Below, piece by piece: positions 20,849 to 30,831 of a stretch of DNA of 64,000 nucleotides. The notes beneath the pieces were generated by a model. That model was not told the DNA's origin and searched no databases. It saw only the letters and a program-made list of their open reading frames with translations. This DNA comes from Verrucomicrobiia bacterium (GTDB taxonomy: Bacteria; Verrucomicrobiota; Verrucomicrobiia; Palsa-1439), in NCBI GenBank assembly GCA_037441425.1, contig JBBISF010000007.1:283-64282 (forward strand). The letters run 5' to 3'. A program made the translations under genes and the position numbers. Each line of letters opens with the position of its first letter. The first letter of the stretch is position 1.

Positions 20849-21993
20849 ACCTGAGCCGAATTCAGAATGTGGCGTTCGTGGCCGGTTTGGCGGCGCTGGC
20901 GGCTTGCGGGCTGGGCGCGGTCGGCCACACGGCGCAGTTCTTCCGCTCGTATCTCGTGGCGTTTCTGTTCTGGGTCGGGCTGTCGCTCGGTTGCCTGGCG
21001 ATCTTGATGGTGCACTACGTTGCCGGCGGCCGGTGGGGTTATTCCGTCCGGCGGATGCTGGAAGCCGGTACCAAGACGCTGCCGGTCATGGGGCTTTTGT
21101 TCATACCGGTGTTGTTTGGGTTGCAGGTGCTGTACGTGTGGGCGCGGCCGGAGGCGGTGGCCGCTGACCCGTTGCTGCGGCACAAAGAACCGTACTTGAA
21201 CGTGCCGTTCTTCATCGGGCGCACGGTGTTTTATTTTGCGGTGTGGATCGGATTGGCGTCGGCATTGGACCGGGCGGCGACGGCGCAGGACGAATCGCCC
21301 AGCCCGGCGTTGTCGGGCCGGCTGCTGAAGATCGGCGGCGGCGGGTTGCTGGCGTACGGGTTGACGATGACGTTTGCGTCGATCGACTGGGCGATGTCGC
21401 TCGACCCGCACTGGTTCTCGACGATCTACGGGGTGCTGTTTTTGGCCGGGCAGGTGCTCGGGGCGTTTGCGCTGGTGATCGTGGTGGCAGTCGCGCTGCG
21501 AAGGCAACCGGCATTAGCGGAGGCGCTCCAGCCGCAACAGTTGCACGACCTCGGCAATTTCATGTTCACGTTCGTGATTTTCTGGGCGTACATCTCATTC
21601 TCGCAATTCTTGATCATCTGGGCCGGCAACCTGCCGGACGAGACGACGTGGTATCTGCGCCGGTTCCAGGGCGGTTGGGGCAAGGTGGGATTGTTTCTGG
21701 TGGCGCTGCATTTCTTTGGGCCGTTTCTGTTGCTGCTGTCGCGCGACGTGAAACGCAATCCGCGCGCGCTGGCGACGGTGGCGGCCGGGTTGCTGGTGGT
21801 GTGTGTGGTGGACGTGTTCTGGATTGTGGTGCCGGGATTTCAGGGCGTGAAGTTTGGCGTGCACTGGATGGATCTGGCGGCGCTGGTGGGCATCGGCGGA
21901 CTGTGGCTGGGCGTGTTCCTGCGCCGGTTGAAGAGCCGGTCGCTGGTGCCGGTGCACGATGCGCGGGTCGAGGCGGCGTTGGAGGCGGCATGA
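20845..21993 (+). CDS. actF: Alternative complex III subunit ActF
   Basis: DWAMSLDPHWFSTIYG, HDLGN, WAYISFSQFLIIW.GNLPDE. Confidence 0.92.
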   Translation: MNLSRIQNVAFVAGLAALAACGLGAVGHTAQFFRSYLVAFLFWVGLSLGCLAILMVHYVAGGRWGYSVRRMLEAGTKTLPVMGLLFIPVLFGLQVLYVWARPEAVAADPLLRHKEPYLNVPFFIGRTVFYFAVWIGLASALDRAATAQDESPSPALSGRLLKIGGGGLLAYGLTMTFASIDWAMSLDPHWFSTIYGVLFLAGQVLGAFALVIVVAVALRRQPALAEALQPQQLHDLGNFMFTFVIFWAYISFSQFLIIWAGNLPDETTWYLRRFQGGWGKVGLFLVALHFFGPFLLLLSRDVKRNPRALATVAAGLLVVCVVDVFWIVVPGFQGVKFGVHWMDLAALVGIGGLWLGVFLRRLKSRSLVPVHDARVEAALEAA

Positions 21994-22355
21994 GCGAGCA
22001 ACGGGACATGCAGTTCAAGGCGGTCGTGCTGTTCGCGGCCGGGTTGGGATTGGCGGTGGGCATGGTGCTGGTGATTGCGGTGGGCTTGTTCCATTACTTC
22101 GCGACGCGCCCCTCACCGTATCCGCCGCCGTCACCGTTGGCCGCGACGCGCGCGCCGTACACCGGACCGAAGTTGCAGGTGAACGCGCCGCAGGATTTGG
22201 AGGAATGGCGGGCCGCCGAGGACGCCGTGCTCAACAGCTATGCGTGGGTGGACCCGAACAAGGGCAAGGTGCGCATCCCGATCAGCCGGGCGATCGACTT
22301 GTTGGCCGAGCGCGGCCTGCCGAAGAAAATTGATGATGGAGGAGCAAGACCGTGA
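21990..22355 (+). CDS. ACIII-associated single-TM protein (ActG-like)
   Basis: One TM, PKLQVNAP, LNSYAWVD..G.VRIPISRAIDLLAERGLP; lies between actF and the SCO gene. Confidence 0.75.
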   Translation: MSEQRDMQFKAVVLFAAGLGLAVGMVLVIAVGLFHYFATRPSPYPPPSPLAATRAPYTGPKLQVNAPQDLEEWRAAEDAVLNSYAWVDPNKGKVRIPISRAIDLLAERGLPKKIDDGGARP

Positions 22356-23149
22356 AAAGGCTTGTGATTTTTCTGATGGTGCTCGCTACTGGCGCCATGG
22401 CGCAAGACAACCGGCCGGCGGCCTTGCAGGACATTGGCATCGACCAGAAACTCGACGCGCAGGTGCCGCTGGACGTGGCGTTTCATGACTCGACCGGCAA
22501 GACGGTCAAGCTGGGCGATTATTTCGGCAAGCGTGCGGTCATCTTGGCGCCGGTGTATTACGAGTGCCCGATGCTGTGCACGCTGACGTTGAACGGGCTG
22601 GTGAAAGCGGCGAAGGAATTGTCGTTCGATGCGGGGAAGCAATACGAAGTTGTCGCGATCAGTTTCAATCCGAAGGAGACGCCGGTGCTGGCGGCTGGTA
22701 AGAAGCAGACATATCTGCGCGAGTACGGCCGGGGCGATGAAGCGGCAGCGGGCTGGCATTTCCTGACGGGCGACGAGGCGTCGATCAAGAAAGTGATGGA
22801 CGCGATTGGATTCCGGTACAAGTGGGACGAGCAGACGCAACAGTACGCCCACGCGGCCGGCTTGGTGATGCTGACGCCGCAGGGCAAGATTGCCCGGTAC
22901 TTCTATGGCGTGAATTTCCCGTCGCGTGACCTGCGGCTGGCGCTGGTCGAGGCGTCGGCGAACAAGATCGGCACGAAGACGGACCAGGTCCTGTTGTTCT
23001 GTTTCCACTACAATCCGACGACCGGTAAATACAGTCTGGCGATTAACCGCGTACTGCAGGTCGCCGGCGTGGGGACGGTGTTGGCGCTCGGGCTGTTGAT
23101 GTTCGGGCTGATGCGGCACAACCGGCGGGGGGAGGCGGCGGCGCGGTGA
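22352..23149 (+). CDS. SCO1/SenC family protein
   Basis: YYECPMLC, WHFLTG, QYAH, LLFCFHY. Confidence 0.92.
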   Translation: MKRLVIFLMVLATGAMAQDNRPAALQDIGIDQKLDAQVPLDVAFHDSTGKTVKLGDYFGKRAVILAPVYYECPMLCTLTLNGLVKAAKELSFDAGKQYEVVAISFNPKETPVLAAGKKQTYLREYGRGDEAAAGWHFLTGDEASIKKVMDAIGFRYKWDEQTQQYAHAAGLVMLTPQGKIARYFYGVNFPSRDLRLALVEASANKIGTKTDQVLLFCFHYNPTTGKYSLAINRVLQVAGVGTVLALGLLMFGLMRHNRRGEAAAR

Positions 23150-24123
23150 ATTATTTCTGGAAAGGCTTTCCGCTATTTCCACAACGCGCGTCCAGTGTGG
23201 CCGGGCAGGTGGATGCGCTGTTCTTTTTCCTCGTGGCGGTCAGCGCATTTTTTGCGATCCTGATATTCGCGTTGATCACCTTCTTCGCGATCAAGTACCG
23301 GCGCCGGTCGCCGGACGAGCGGCCCGCGCCGACGAAAAGTCCGCTGGCGCTGGAACTGGCCTGGACGCTGATTCCGATGGCGTTGACGATGGTGATGTTT
23401 TTCTGGGGCGCGAAGTTGTACTTCCAGATTTACCGCGTCCCGCCGGGGGCGATCCCGATTTTCGTGGTTGGCAAACAGTGGATGTGGAAGATCCAACATC
23501 CCGAGGGCCAGCGCGAGATTGACGCGCTGCACGTGCCGGTCGGCAAACCGGTCAAGTTGACGATGATCTCCGAGGATGTGATCCATGACTTCTTCGTGCC
23601 GGCGTTCCGGGTGAAGCGCGATGTGTTGCCGGGCCGGTACACGACGACGTGGTTCGAGGCGACCAAGCCCGGCAAGTACCGGCTGTTCTGCTCGCAGTAC
23701 TGCGGCACGGAACACTCGTTGATGACCGGTTGGGTGTACGTCATGGAACCGACCGATTATCAGAACTGGCTCAGCGGTGGCACGAGCGGCGAGCCGCTGG
23801 ATGTGGCGGGAAAAAAATTGTTCAAGAGCCTCGGCTGCGCCACCTGCCACCTGCCGGACAACACGGGCCGGTGCCCTTCGCTGGTGGGGTTGGCCGGGGG
23901 GAAGGTGCAATTGACGACCGGACAAATCGTCACGGCCGATGACAATTACTTGCGCGAATCGATTCTGAAGCCGGAAGCGCAAGTGGTGTACGGCTACCAG
24001 CCGATTATGCCAACGTTCAAGGGCATTGTGAGCGAGGAACAAGTGCTGCAATTGCTCGCCTACATCAAATCGCTCAAACCCGTTATGGGCGCGACATCCA
24101 CCGAAGGAGCACAGACAAAATGA
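23146..24123 (+). CDS. coxB: Cytochrome c oxidase subunit II with fused cytochrome c (caa3 type)
   Basis: [23 protein letters not shown] CuA site, C-terminal CATCH. Confidence 0.95.
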   Translation: MNYFWKGFPLFPQRASSVAGQVDALFFFLVAVSAFFAILIFALITFFAIKYRRRSPDERPAPTKSPLALELAWTLIPMALTMVMFFWGAKLYFQIYRVPPGAIPIFVVGKQWMWKIQHPEGQREIDALHVPVGKPVKLTMISEDVIHDFFVPAFRVKRDVLPGRYTTTWFEATKPGKYRLFCSQYCGTEHSLMTGWVYVMEPTDYQNWLSGGTSGEPLDVAGKKLFKSLGCATCHLPDNTGRCPSLVGLAGGKVQLTTGQIVTADDNYLRESILKPEAQVVYGYQPIMPTFKGIVSEEQVLQLLAYIKSLKPVMGATSTEGAQTK

Positions 24124-25739
24124 CGAGTTCGGAAACCATTGAGCCGCGAGTGAATTATCTGAACTGCGACTACAGCTTGAAGTCGTGGTTGCTGACGACC
24201 GACCACAAGCGGATCGGGATTATGTTTTTGATTTCGATCACGTTCTTCTTTGTGCTCGGCGGCGTGTATGCCGGGTTGATCCGCCTGAGTCTGTTGTCGC
24301 CGAGCGGTTCGCTGGTCTCCGCGCAGAGCTACAACAAGCTGTTCACGATGCACGGGCTGATCATGATTTTCTTCTTCCTGATCCCGTCCATTCCGGCCGT
24401 GCTGGGCAACTTTCTGATCCCGATCATGATTGGCGCGCGCGACCTGGCGTTTCCCCGTCTGAACCTTGCGAGCTGGTACGTGTATGTGCTCGGCGCGACG
24501 TTCACGATTATCACGGCGGTCACCGGTGGCGTGGATACCGGGTGGACGTTCTACACGCCGTATAGCAGCATCTACTCCAACACGCACGTGATTCTGATGG
24601 CCACCGGGGTGTTTATCACCGGGTTCTCCTCCATCTTTACCGGGTTGAATTTCATCGTCACGATCCACAAGATGCGCGCGCCGGGACTGACGTGGTTCCG
24701 GCTGCCGCTGTTCGTGTGGGCGATTTACGCGACGAGCTTGATCATGGTGCTCGGCACGCCAGTGGTGGCGATTGCCATTACGTTGGTGGGCGTCGAGCGG
24801 ATCTTTCACATCGGCATCTTCGACCCGGCGCTGGGAGGCGACCCGCTATTGTTCCAGCACTTGTTCTGGTTTTACTCGCACCCGGCGGTGTACATCATGA
24901 TCCTGCCGTCAATGGGCGTGATCAGCGAGGTGATCACCTGTTTCGCGCGGAAGAAGATCTTCGGCTACAACTTCATCGCATTCTCCAGTCTGACAATCGC
25001 GGTGCTCGGGTTCCTGGTGTGGGGCCATCACATGTTCGTCAGCGGCCAATCAATCTACGCGGGCCTGGTTTTCTCGCTGCTGAGTTTTCTGGTCGCCATC
25101 CCGTCGGCGGTGAAGGTCTTCAACTGGACGGCCACGCTGTACAAAGGCTCGATCTCCTACGACACACCGATGTTGTACGCGCTGGGGTTCATCGGGCTGT
25201 TCACGGTGGGCGGGCTGACCGGGTTGTTTCTGGCGACGCTGGGCATGGATGTGCACGTGCACGACACGTACTTCGTCGTCGCGCATTTCCATTACATCAT
25301 GGTTGGCGGCGCGATCATGGGCTACATGGCCGGACTGCATTATTGGTGGCCGAAGATGACCGGCAAGATGTATCCCGACATCTGGGGCCGGCTCGCGGCG
25401 ACGGTCATGTTTATCGGATTCAACCTGACGTTCTTCCCGCAATTCATTCTCGGTTACCTGGGGATGCCGCGCCGGTATCATGTGTATCCGCCGGAGTTTC
25501 AGATGTTGAATGTCTTTTCGACGGCCGGCGCGTCCATCCTCGGCATCGGCTATTTGATTCCGGTGGTTTACTTGCTCTGGTCGCTCCGGTACGGCCCGGA
25601 GGCCGGCCCCAATCCATGGAAAGCGACCGGCTTGGAATGGACCACGCCCTCGCCGCCGCCGACCTTCAACTTCGACAAGATGCCCGTCGTTACAGACGAG
25701 CCGTACGAATACAGCCGGGAGATCAACACGCGTGAATGA
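24120..25739 (+). CDS. coxA: Cytochrome c oxidase subunit I (A2-type YSHP motif)
   Basis: [48 protein letters not shown]. Confidence 0.97.
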   Translation: MTSSETIEPRVNYLNCDYSLKSWLLTTDHKRIGIMFLISITFFFVLGGVYAGLIRLSLLSPSGSLVSAQSYNKLFTMHGLIMIFFFLIPSIPAVLGNFLIPIMIGARDLAFPRLNLASWYVYVLGATFTIITAVTGGVDTGWTFYTPYSSIYSNTHVILMATGVFITGFSSIFTGLNFIVTIHKMRAPGLTWFRLPLFVWAIYATSLIMVLGTPVVAIAITLVGVERIFHIGIFDPALGGDPLLFQHLFWFYSHPAVYIMILPSMGVISEVITCFARKKIFGYNFIAFSSLTIAVLGFLVWGHHMFVSGQSIYAGLVFSLLSFLVAIPSAVKVFNWTATLYKGSISYDTPMLYALGFIGLFTVGGLTGLFLATLGMDVHVHDTYFVVAHFHYIMVGGAIMGYMAGLHYWWPKMTGKMYPDIWGRLAATVMFIGFNLTFFPQFILGYLGMPRRYHVYPPEFQMLNVFSTAGASILGIGYLIPVVYLLWSLRYGPEAGPNPWKATGLEWTTPSPPPTFNFDKMPVVTDEPYEYSREINTRE

Positions 25740-26370
25740 ACCCCCCACCATGGTAGCCCATCAGTTCGACGATGCCGCCCAGCAACGCGAGGCGTCCACC
25801 CTCGGCATGTGGGTGTTTCTCGCCACGGAGATCATGTTCTTCGGCGGCCTGTTCGCCGCCTACACCGCGTACCGGTACAAGTACCCGGTTGGTTTCGCGG
25901 AGGCGAGCCGGCATCTCGATCTGCTGCTCGGGGGCATTAACACGGCGGTCTTGCTCACCAGCAGCTTGACGATGGCGTTGGCGGTTCGTAGCGCGCAGGT
26001 GGGCAAACGCGCGCAGATCGTCGGCTTCCTCGTGCTGACGATGCTGCTCGGCTTGGCGTTCCTCGGCATCAAGGCGTACGAGTACCACGAAAAATTCGCG
26101 CATCATCTGGTGCCGGGCGCCTCGTTTGCGTTTGGCGGGATGCACGCGCGCGAGGCGAAGATGTTCTTCTATCTGTACTTCGCCATGACCGGCTTGCACG
26201 CCATCCACATGTTGGCCGGCGTGGCGGTGGTCTTCTACATGACCGTCGCGGCCGCGCGCGGGAAGTTTACGCCGGGCTATTACAACCCGCTCGAAGTCAC
26301 CGGGCTGTATTGGCATTTCGTGGACATCATCTGGATTTTCCTGTATCCCTTGCTTTACTTGATTGCGTAG
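25732..26370 (+). CDS. coxC: Cytochrome c oxidase subunit III
   Basis: [24 protein letters not shown]. Confidence 0.95.
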   Translation: MNEPPTMVAHQFDDAAQQREASTLGMWVFLATEIMFFGGLFAAYTAYRYKYPVGFAEASRHLDLLLGGINTAVLLTSSLTMALAVRSAQVGKRAQIVGFLVLTMLLGLAFLGIKAYEYHEKFAHHLVPGASFAFGGMHAREAKMFFYLYFAMTGLHAIHMLAGVAVVFYMTVAAARGKFTPGYYNPLEVTGLYWHFVDIIWIFLYPLLYLIA

Positions 26371-26378
26371 GAGACCTC

Positions 26379-26684
26379 ATGACCGATCATGTCTTGCCGG
26401 TGAAAACTTATGTGGCGGTGTTTTTCGCGCTGCTGTTGTTGCTGGCAGCCACCGTCACCGTCAACCGGTTGCATCTGGGCGAATTCGGCGTCGTGGCCGC
26501 GCTGACCATTGCCGTGATCAAGACGATCCTGGTCGTGTTGTTCTTCATGCACGTCCGGTCCAGCAGCCGCTTGGTCTGGATCTTTGTCGGCGTGGGTTTT
26601 TACTGGCTGATGATTTTGTTGATCCTGACCATGAGTGATTTTGTCAGCCGGACGTGGCCGCCGTTCAGTGGAGGACCGCTATGA
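26379..26684 (+). CDS. Cytochrome c oxidase subunit IV
   Basis: Three TMs, IAVIK..LVVLFFMH. Confidence 0.88.
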   Translation: MTDHVLPVKTYVAVFFALLLLLAATVTVNRLHLGEFGVVAALTIAVIKTILVVLFFMHVRSSSRLVWIFVGVGFYWLMILLILTMSDFVSRTWPPFSGGPL

Positions 26685-27595
26685 ATACCGCCTTGAACCG
26701 GTTTGCGTGGGCGACTGCCGCCGCAACATTTCTACTGGTCGTGGCCGGGGCGCTCGTCACGAGTCACCGGGCCGGCCTGTCCGTGCCGGACTGGCCGACG
26801 ACGTACGGGCGGTTCATGTTCGCGTATCCGGTTGCCCAATGGGTTGGTGGCATCCGCTACGAGCACGTGCACCGTCTCATCGCCAGCACGGTCGGCATGC
26901 TGACGGTCGTACTCGCGTTCTGGCTCGTGAAAGCCCAAGCGGCGCGCGGCCTGCGCTGGCTGGGCATCAGCGCGCTGGCGGCGGTCATCGTGCAGGGGTT
27001 GCTCGGCGGCCTGACTGTGCTGCATGATCTGCCCCCCGCGATTTCCGCCGCGCACGGCAGTCTCGCGCAAGCGTTCTTCTGCATCACGCTCACGATTGCC
27101 ATGTTGACTTCGCGCGCCTGGCAAAACCCGGCACCCGTGGTTGCGCCGCGCGCCAAATTGCTGCGCGCGCTGGCGAGTTTCACCACGCTGGCGATCTATG
27201 TCCAACTCATCCTCGGTGCCATCGTGCGACATTCAAACCGCGGCATCATGGTGCACATTGCCGGAGCCGTGCTCGTGTTCGCAGCGGTGGCCGGGACGGC
27301 CGCGCTGATCGTGTTGGACGAACAACTCCACCGGATGTATTGGCACGGTTGGCTGATGCTGGTGCTGGTCATGTGCCAGTTCGGCCTCGGGGTCGTGACA
27401 CTGGTCGTGCGCGCCCCCAAAACCTCGGCCGCTCCGTTGACGGCGCCGCAAGTCCTGCTGCCGACAATCCACGTCGCCGGCGGCGCGCTGCTGCTGGCCG
27501 GGAGCTGGCTGCTGGCGTTGCGGAGTTACCGGTTCGTGAAACCGACGCCGGAAACCGGCGCGTGGCCCGTGCCGTCGGAGGCCGTATCTGGATGA
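26681..27595 (+). CDS. ctaA: Heme A synthase (CtaA/COX15)
   Basis: AGLSVPDWP, EHVHR, QGLLGGLTV and conserved His residues. Confidence 0.88.
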   Translation: MNTALNRFAWATAAATFLLVVAGALVTSHRAGLSVPDWPTTYGRFMFAYPVAQWVGGIRYEHVHRLIASTVGMLTVVLAFWLVKAQAARGLRWLGISALAAVIVQGLLGGLTVLHDLPPAISAAHGSLAQAFFCITLTIAMLTSRAWQNPAPVVAPRAKLLRALASFTTLAIYVQLILGAIVRHSNRGIMVHIAGAVLVFAAVAGTAALIVLDEQLHRMYWHGWLMLVLVMCQFGLGVVTLVVRAPKTSAAPLTAPQVLLPTIHVAGGALLLAGSWLLALRSYRFVKPTPETGAWPVPSEAVSG

Positions 27596-28497
27596 AAGCC
27601 GCCGTCGAAGTCATTGAACGTCCCGCGCTGGTCGCGCTCGTGCGCAGCCGGGCCGCCGACTACCTTGAACTGACGAAGCCGCGGTTGACGTTGCTTGCGG
27701 TTGCCATGGCCATGCTCGGCTTTTACGTTGGCGCCGCCAGCGCTCTGCCGGTGACGCTGACCTTGGCGGCGTTGTTCGGCATTGGATTGGTCGGCGCGGG
27801 TGCGGCGGCGCTGAACCAGTTTCTCGAACGCGACGCGGACGCCCGAATGCGCCGCACCGAGGATCGGCCGTTGCCGACGATGCGTCTGCAACCGTCCGAA
27901 GCCCTGGCCTTCGGCTCGGTCAGCGCGGCGGTCGGCGTGCTGGTGTTGACGGCGCTGGTCAACCCGCTGACCGGCCTGCTCGGCGTGGTCTGTCTCGGCA
28001 GCTATCTGTTTGTTTACACGCCGCTGAAACGCAAGACGCCGTGGTGCACACTGATCGGGGCCCTTCCGGGCGCGATTCCGCCGTTGATGGGCTGGACCGC
28101 GGCGCGCGACCGGCTCGATGCCGGCGGCTGGTTGCTGTTTCTGCTGGTGTTTCTCTGGCAGATGCCGCACTTCCTCGCGATCGCCTGGCTGTACCAGAGC
28201 GACTACGAACGTGGTCGCTTCCGCGTGCTGCCCGTGGTGGACCCCACCGGGCGGGCCACCGCCCGGCAGATCGCGTTCTACTCCTGCGCGTTGCTGCCGG
28301 TGAGCCTGGCCCCCGCGTTTCTCGGCTTGGCCGGCAACGTCTATCTGGTCGGCGCGCTGCTGGGCACCACGGCGTTCATCGCGCTGGGGTTGCGGTTCGC
28401 CGCCCGCTTGTCCCGGGATAACGCGCGGTGGCTTTTCCTTGGATCGGTCGCATACCTGCCGCTTCTCGGTCTCTTGATGGTGCTTTCGAAACCGTGA
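27592..28497 (+). CDS. ctaB: Protoheme IX farnesyltransferase (heme O synthase)
   Basis: ELTKPR, ERDADARMRRT..RPLP, YTPLKR, WQMPHF. Confidence 0.95.
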   Translation: MKAAVEVIERPALVALVRSRAADYLELTKPRLTLLAVAMAMLGFYVGAASALPVTLTLAALFGIGLVGAGAAALNQFLERDADARMRRTEDRPLPTMRLQPSEALAFGSVSAAVGVLVLTALVNPLTGLLGVVCLGSYLFVYTPLKRKTPWCTLIGALPGAIPPLMGWTAARDRLDAGGWLLFLLVFLWQMPHFLAIAWLYQSDYERGRFRVLPVVDPTGRATARQIAFYSCALLPVSLAPAFLGLAGNVYLVGALLGTTAFIALGLRFAARLSRDNARWLFLGSVAYLPLLGLLMVLSKP

Positions 28498-29408
28498 CTG
28501 ATCCGCTCTTAAACGTCATCAGCCTGTCGTACCGTTACGGTGAGCGCGTGGCCTTGGATCACGTCAGTTTCGTGGTGCATCGCGGCGAACGGTTCGGCCT
28601 GCTCGGCCCCAACGGCGGCGGCAAGACCACGCTGTTTCGCATCCTCAGCACGCTCGTCGCGCCCCAGACCGGCAGCGTCCAACTCGATGGCGCGCCCGTT
28701 GATCGGCGGCGCATCGGGGTGGTCTTCCAAGCACCGAGCTTGGACAAACAACTGACGGTTCGCGAGAACCTGCGGCATCAAGGTCACATTTACGGCTTGC
28801 AGGGCGCGGCGTTGGGCGCGCGCATTGACGAACTGCTGGCGCGCTTCGGTCTCGCGGATCGCGGCGCGGACCTGACCGGCAAGCTCTCCGGTGGGTTGCG
28901 CCGCCGCGTCGAGATCGCCAAGGGCTTGCTTCACCGGCCTGAGTTGCTCTTGCTCGACGAGCCGAGCACCGGTCTCGATCCACTGGCCCGCCGCGAAGTC
29001 AGCCAGCATCTGCGCGAACTCCGCGAGCGCGACGGCGTGACCGTTCTCCTGACCACCCACATCATGGAAGAAGCGGAAGGCTGCGACCGGCTGGCTCTAT
29101 TGGATTGCGGCAAACTCGTGGCCCTCGACACGCCGGCCAAACTGAAGGAACAGGTCGGGGGCGATGTGATCGCGGTGACCACGGCTGAGCCGCAGCGACT
29201 GCAGCAGGAAATCGCCGACCGGTTTGGTGTGAAAGCCGCTGTCGTGGATTGCACTGTCCGCCTCGAACGTCCACGGGGTCATGAATTCATTCCGGCGCTG
29301 GTCGAGGCATTCCCCGGCGCGATCGCCTCGATCACGGTTGGCAAACCCACGCTGGAGGATGTCTTTATTCATCTGACCGGTCACCGTTTTGAAGAGGTGG
29401 CATCATGA
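28494..29408 (+). CDS. ABC transporter ATP-binding protein (DrrA-like)
   Basis: GPNGGGKTT, LSGG, LDEPSTGLDP, PTLEDVF. Confidence 0.92.
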   Translation: MTDPLLNVISLSYRYGERVALDHVSFVVHRGERFGLLGPNGGGKTTLFRILSTLVAPQTGSVQLDGAPVDRRRIGVVFQAPSLDKQLTVRENLRHQGHIYGLQGAALGARIDELLARFGLADRGADLTGKLSGGLRRRVEIAKGLLHRPELLLLDEPSTGLDPLARREVSQHLRELRERDGVTVLLTTHIMEEAEGCDRLALLDCGKLVALDTPAKLKEQVGGDVIAVTTAEPQRLQQEIADRFGVKAAVVDCTVRLERPRGHEFIPALVEAFPGAIASITVGKPTLEDVFIHLTGHRFEEVAS

Positions 29409-30166
29409 GTTGGCTCGCGGCCTTGACACTGTGGCAACGGGAAATGGTCCGCTTCCTCCGGCAACGGGATCGGGTGATTGGGGCGCTGGCCACGCCGATC
29501 GTGTTCTGGCTGTTGCTGGGATTGGGGCTGGGCAAATCGTTCAAGGCCCCGCAGGTACCGGAAGGGCACGGCTATCTGGAATACTTCTACGCCGGGACAC
29601 TGGTAATGATTCTCCTGTTCACGGCCATTTTCTCCACGTTCACCTTGATCGAAGACCGGCGCGAAGGCTTTCTGCAAGCGGTCCTCGTGGCGCCGGTCGG
29701 CCGCGTGGCGCTGGTGATCGGCAAGATTTTCGGAGGGGCCACGCTCGCCTTGGTGCAGGCGTGCGTGTTCTTGATCTTCGCGCCGTTTGTCGGAATGCCG
29801 TTGTCACTGACGGCGGTGCTGTGGCTGGTGGGGATCATGTTTCTCGTGGGCTGCGCTCTGACCGGCCTCGGATTCGCCATTGCGTGGTGGATGAACTCCA
29901 CGGCCGGCTACCACGCCATCATGAATGTCTTTCTGCTGCCGCTTTGGGTGCTGTCCGGCGCGGTGTTCCCGGCCTCGGGCGCGCCGGTTTGGGTCGGTTG
30001 GATCATGCGCTTGAATCCGCTGACCTACGGGGTGACCGCCATTCGGCAGGGGTTGTACGGCGCGTGTGACTGGAAGGCGCTGGTCGTCACGGCGGCGTTT
30101 GCGATCCTCATGTTCGGCATCGCGCTGATCGTTGCGCGGCGCACGACGGCCGGGGATCTACAGTGA
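29405..30166 (+). CDS. ABC-2 type permease
   Basis: Six TMs, IEDRREGFLQ, LSGAVFP, NPLTY. Confidence 0.92.
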   Translation: MSWLAALTLWQREMVRFLRQRDRVIGALATPIVFWLLLGLGLGKSFKAPQVPEGHGYLEYFYAGTLVMILLFTAIFSTFTLIEDRREGFLQAVLVAPVGRVALVIGKIFGGATLALVQACVFLIFAPFVGMPLSLTAVLWLVGIMFLVGCALTGLGFAIAWWMNSTAGYHAIMNVFLLPLWVLSGAVFPASGAPVWVGWIMRLNPLTYGVTAIRQGLYGACDWKALVVTAAFAILMFGIALIVARRTTAGDLQ

Positions 30167-30831
30167 TCGTCCGGACAACTCGCAACCCGGGGATGCGGGT
30201 TCGGCAGCTCGTCAGCATCTTCATTCTGTGGGTTGTCGGACTGCCGGCGTGGGCTGGCGCGATTCGCGGCGGCGCGGTGGCGGGCACGGTGTGGTCGGAT
30301 GACCGGCAACAACCGGTGGCGGACGCGGTGGTCTATCTCGGCGGGGTCCGGACCCCCACGCCAGTGGACGTGTCGCCGGTGGTGCTCGATCAACAACACA
30401 ACCAGTTTGTTCCGCACATCCAACTGGCCCGGGCGGGCGCGCCGTTGATCATTCAGAACAGTGATCCGTATTTGCACGTCTTCCGGATTGAGCTGCTCCA
30501 AGGCGGCCAGAAACCACAGCTCTGGTTCCGGCAAGCCACGCCTTACGCCGGCTTTGAAAAGCGCGGCACGTTGCCGGCGGCTCCGGAGCCATTTCTGTTA
30601 CGCTTCCGGGGTGAGAACGGCGAAACACGCATGATCGCCTACATCGCCGTGATTCCCCATCCGTGGGCGGCGTTGACCGACGCGCAAGGCCGGTATCAGA
30701 TCAACGATATTCCGCCGGGCGACTACCGGTTATTCGCGTGGCACGAAACGTCCGGCACGTTGGCCGGACAGGTGAACGTGGTGCGCGGTCGCACAAGCCA
30801 GGTGCGCCTGGCTTTTCCCCACGCGCCCTGA
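30163..30831 (+). CDS. Exported protein with carboxypeptidase-regulatory-like and degenerate cupredoxin-like domains
   Basis: Signal peptide; LDQ...FVPH, NSD..LH, HPWAALTD..G.Y.I..IPPG.Y.L.AWHE. Confidence 0.65.
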   Translation: MIVRTTRNPGMRVRQLVSIFILWVVGLPAWAGAIRGGAVAGTVWSDDRQQPVADAVVYLGGVRTPTPVDVSPVVLDQQHNQFVPHIQLARAGAPLIIQNSDPYLHVFRIELLQGGQKPQLWFRQATPYAGFEKRGTLPAAPEPFLLRFRGENGETRMIAYIAVIPHPWAALTDAQGRYQINDIPPGDYRLFAWHETSGTLAGQVNVVRGRTSQVRLAFPHAP

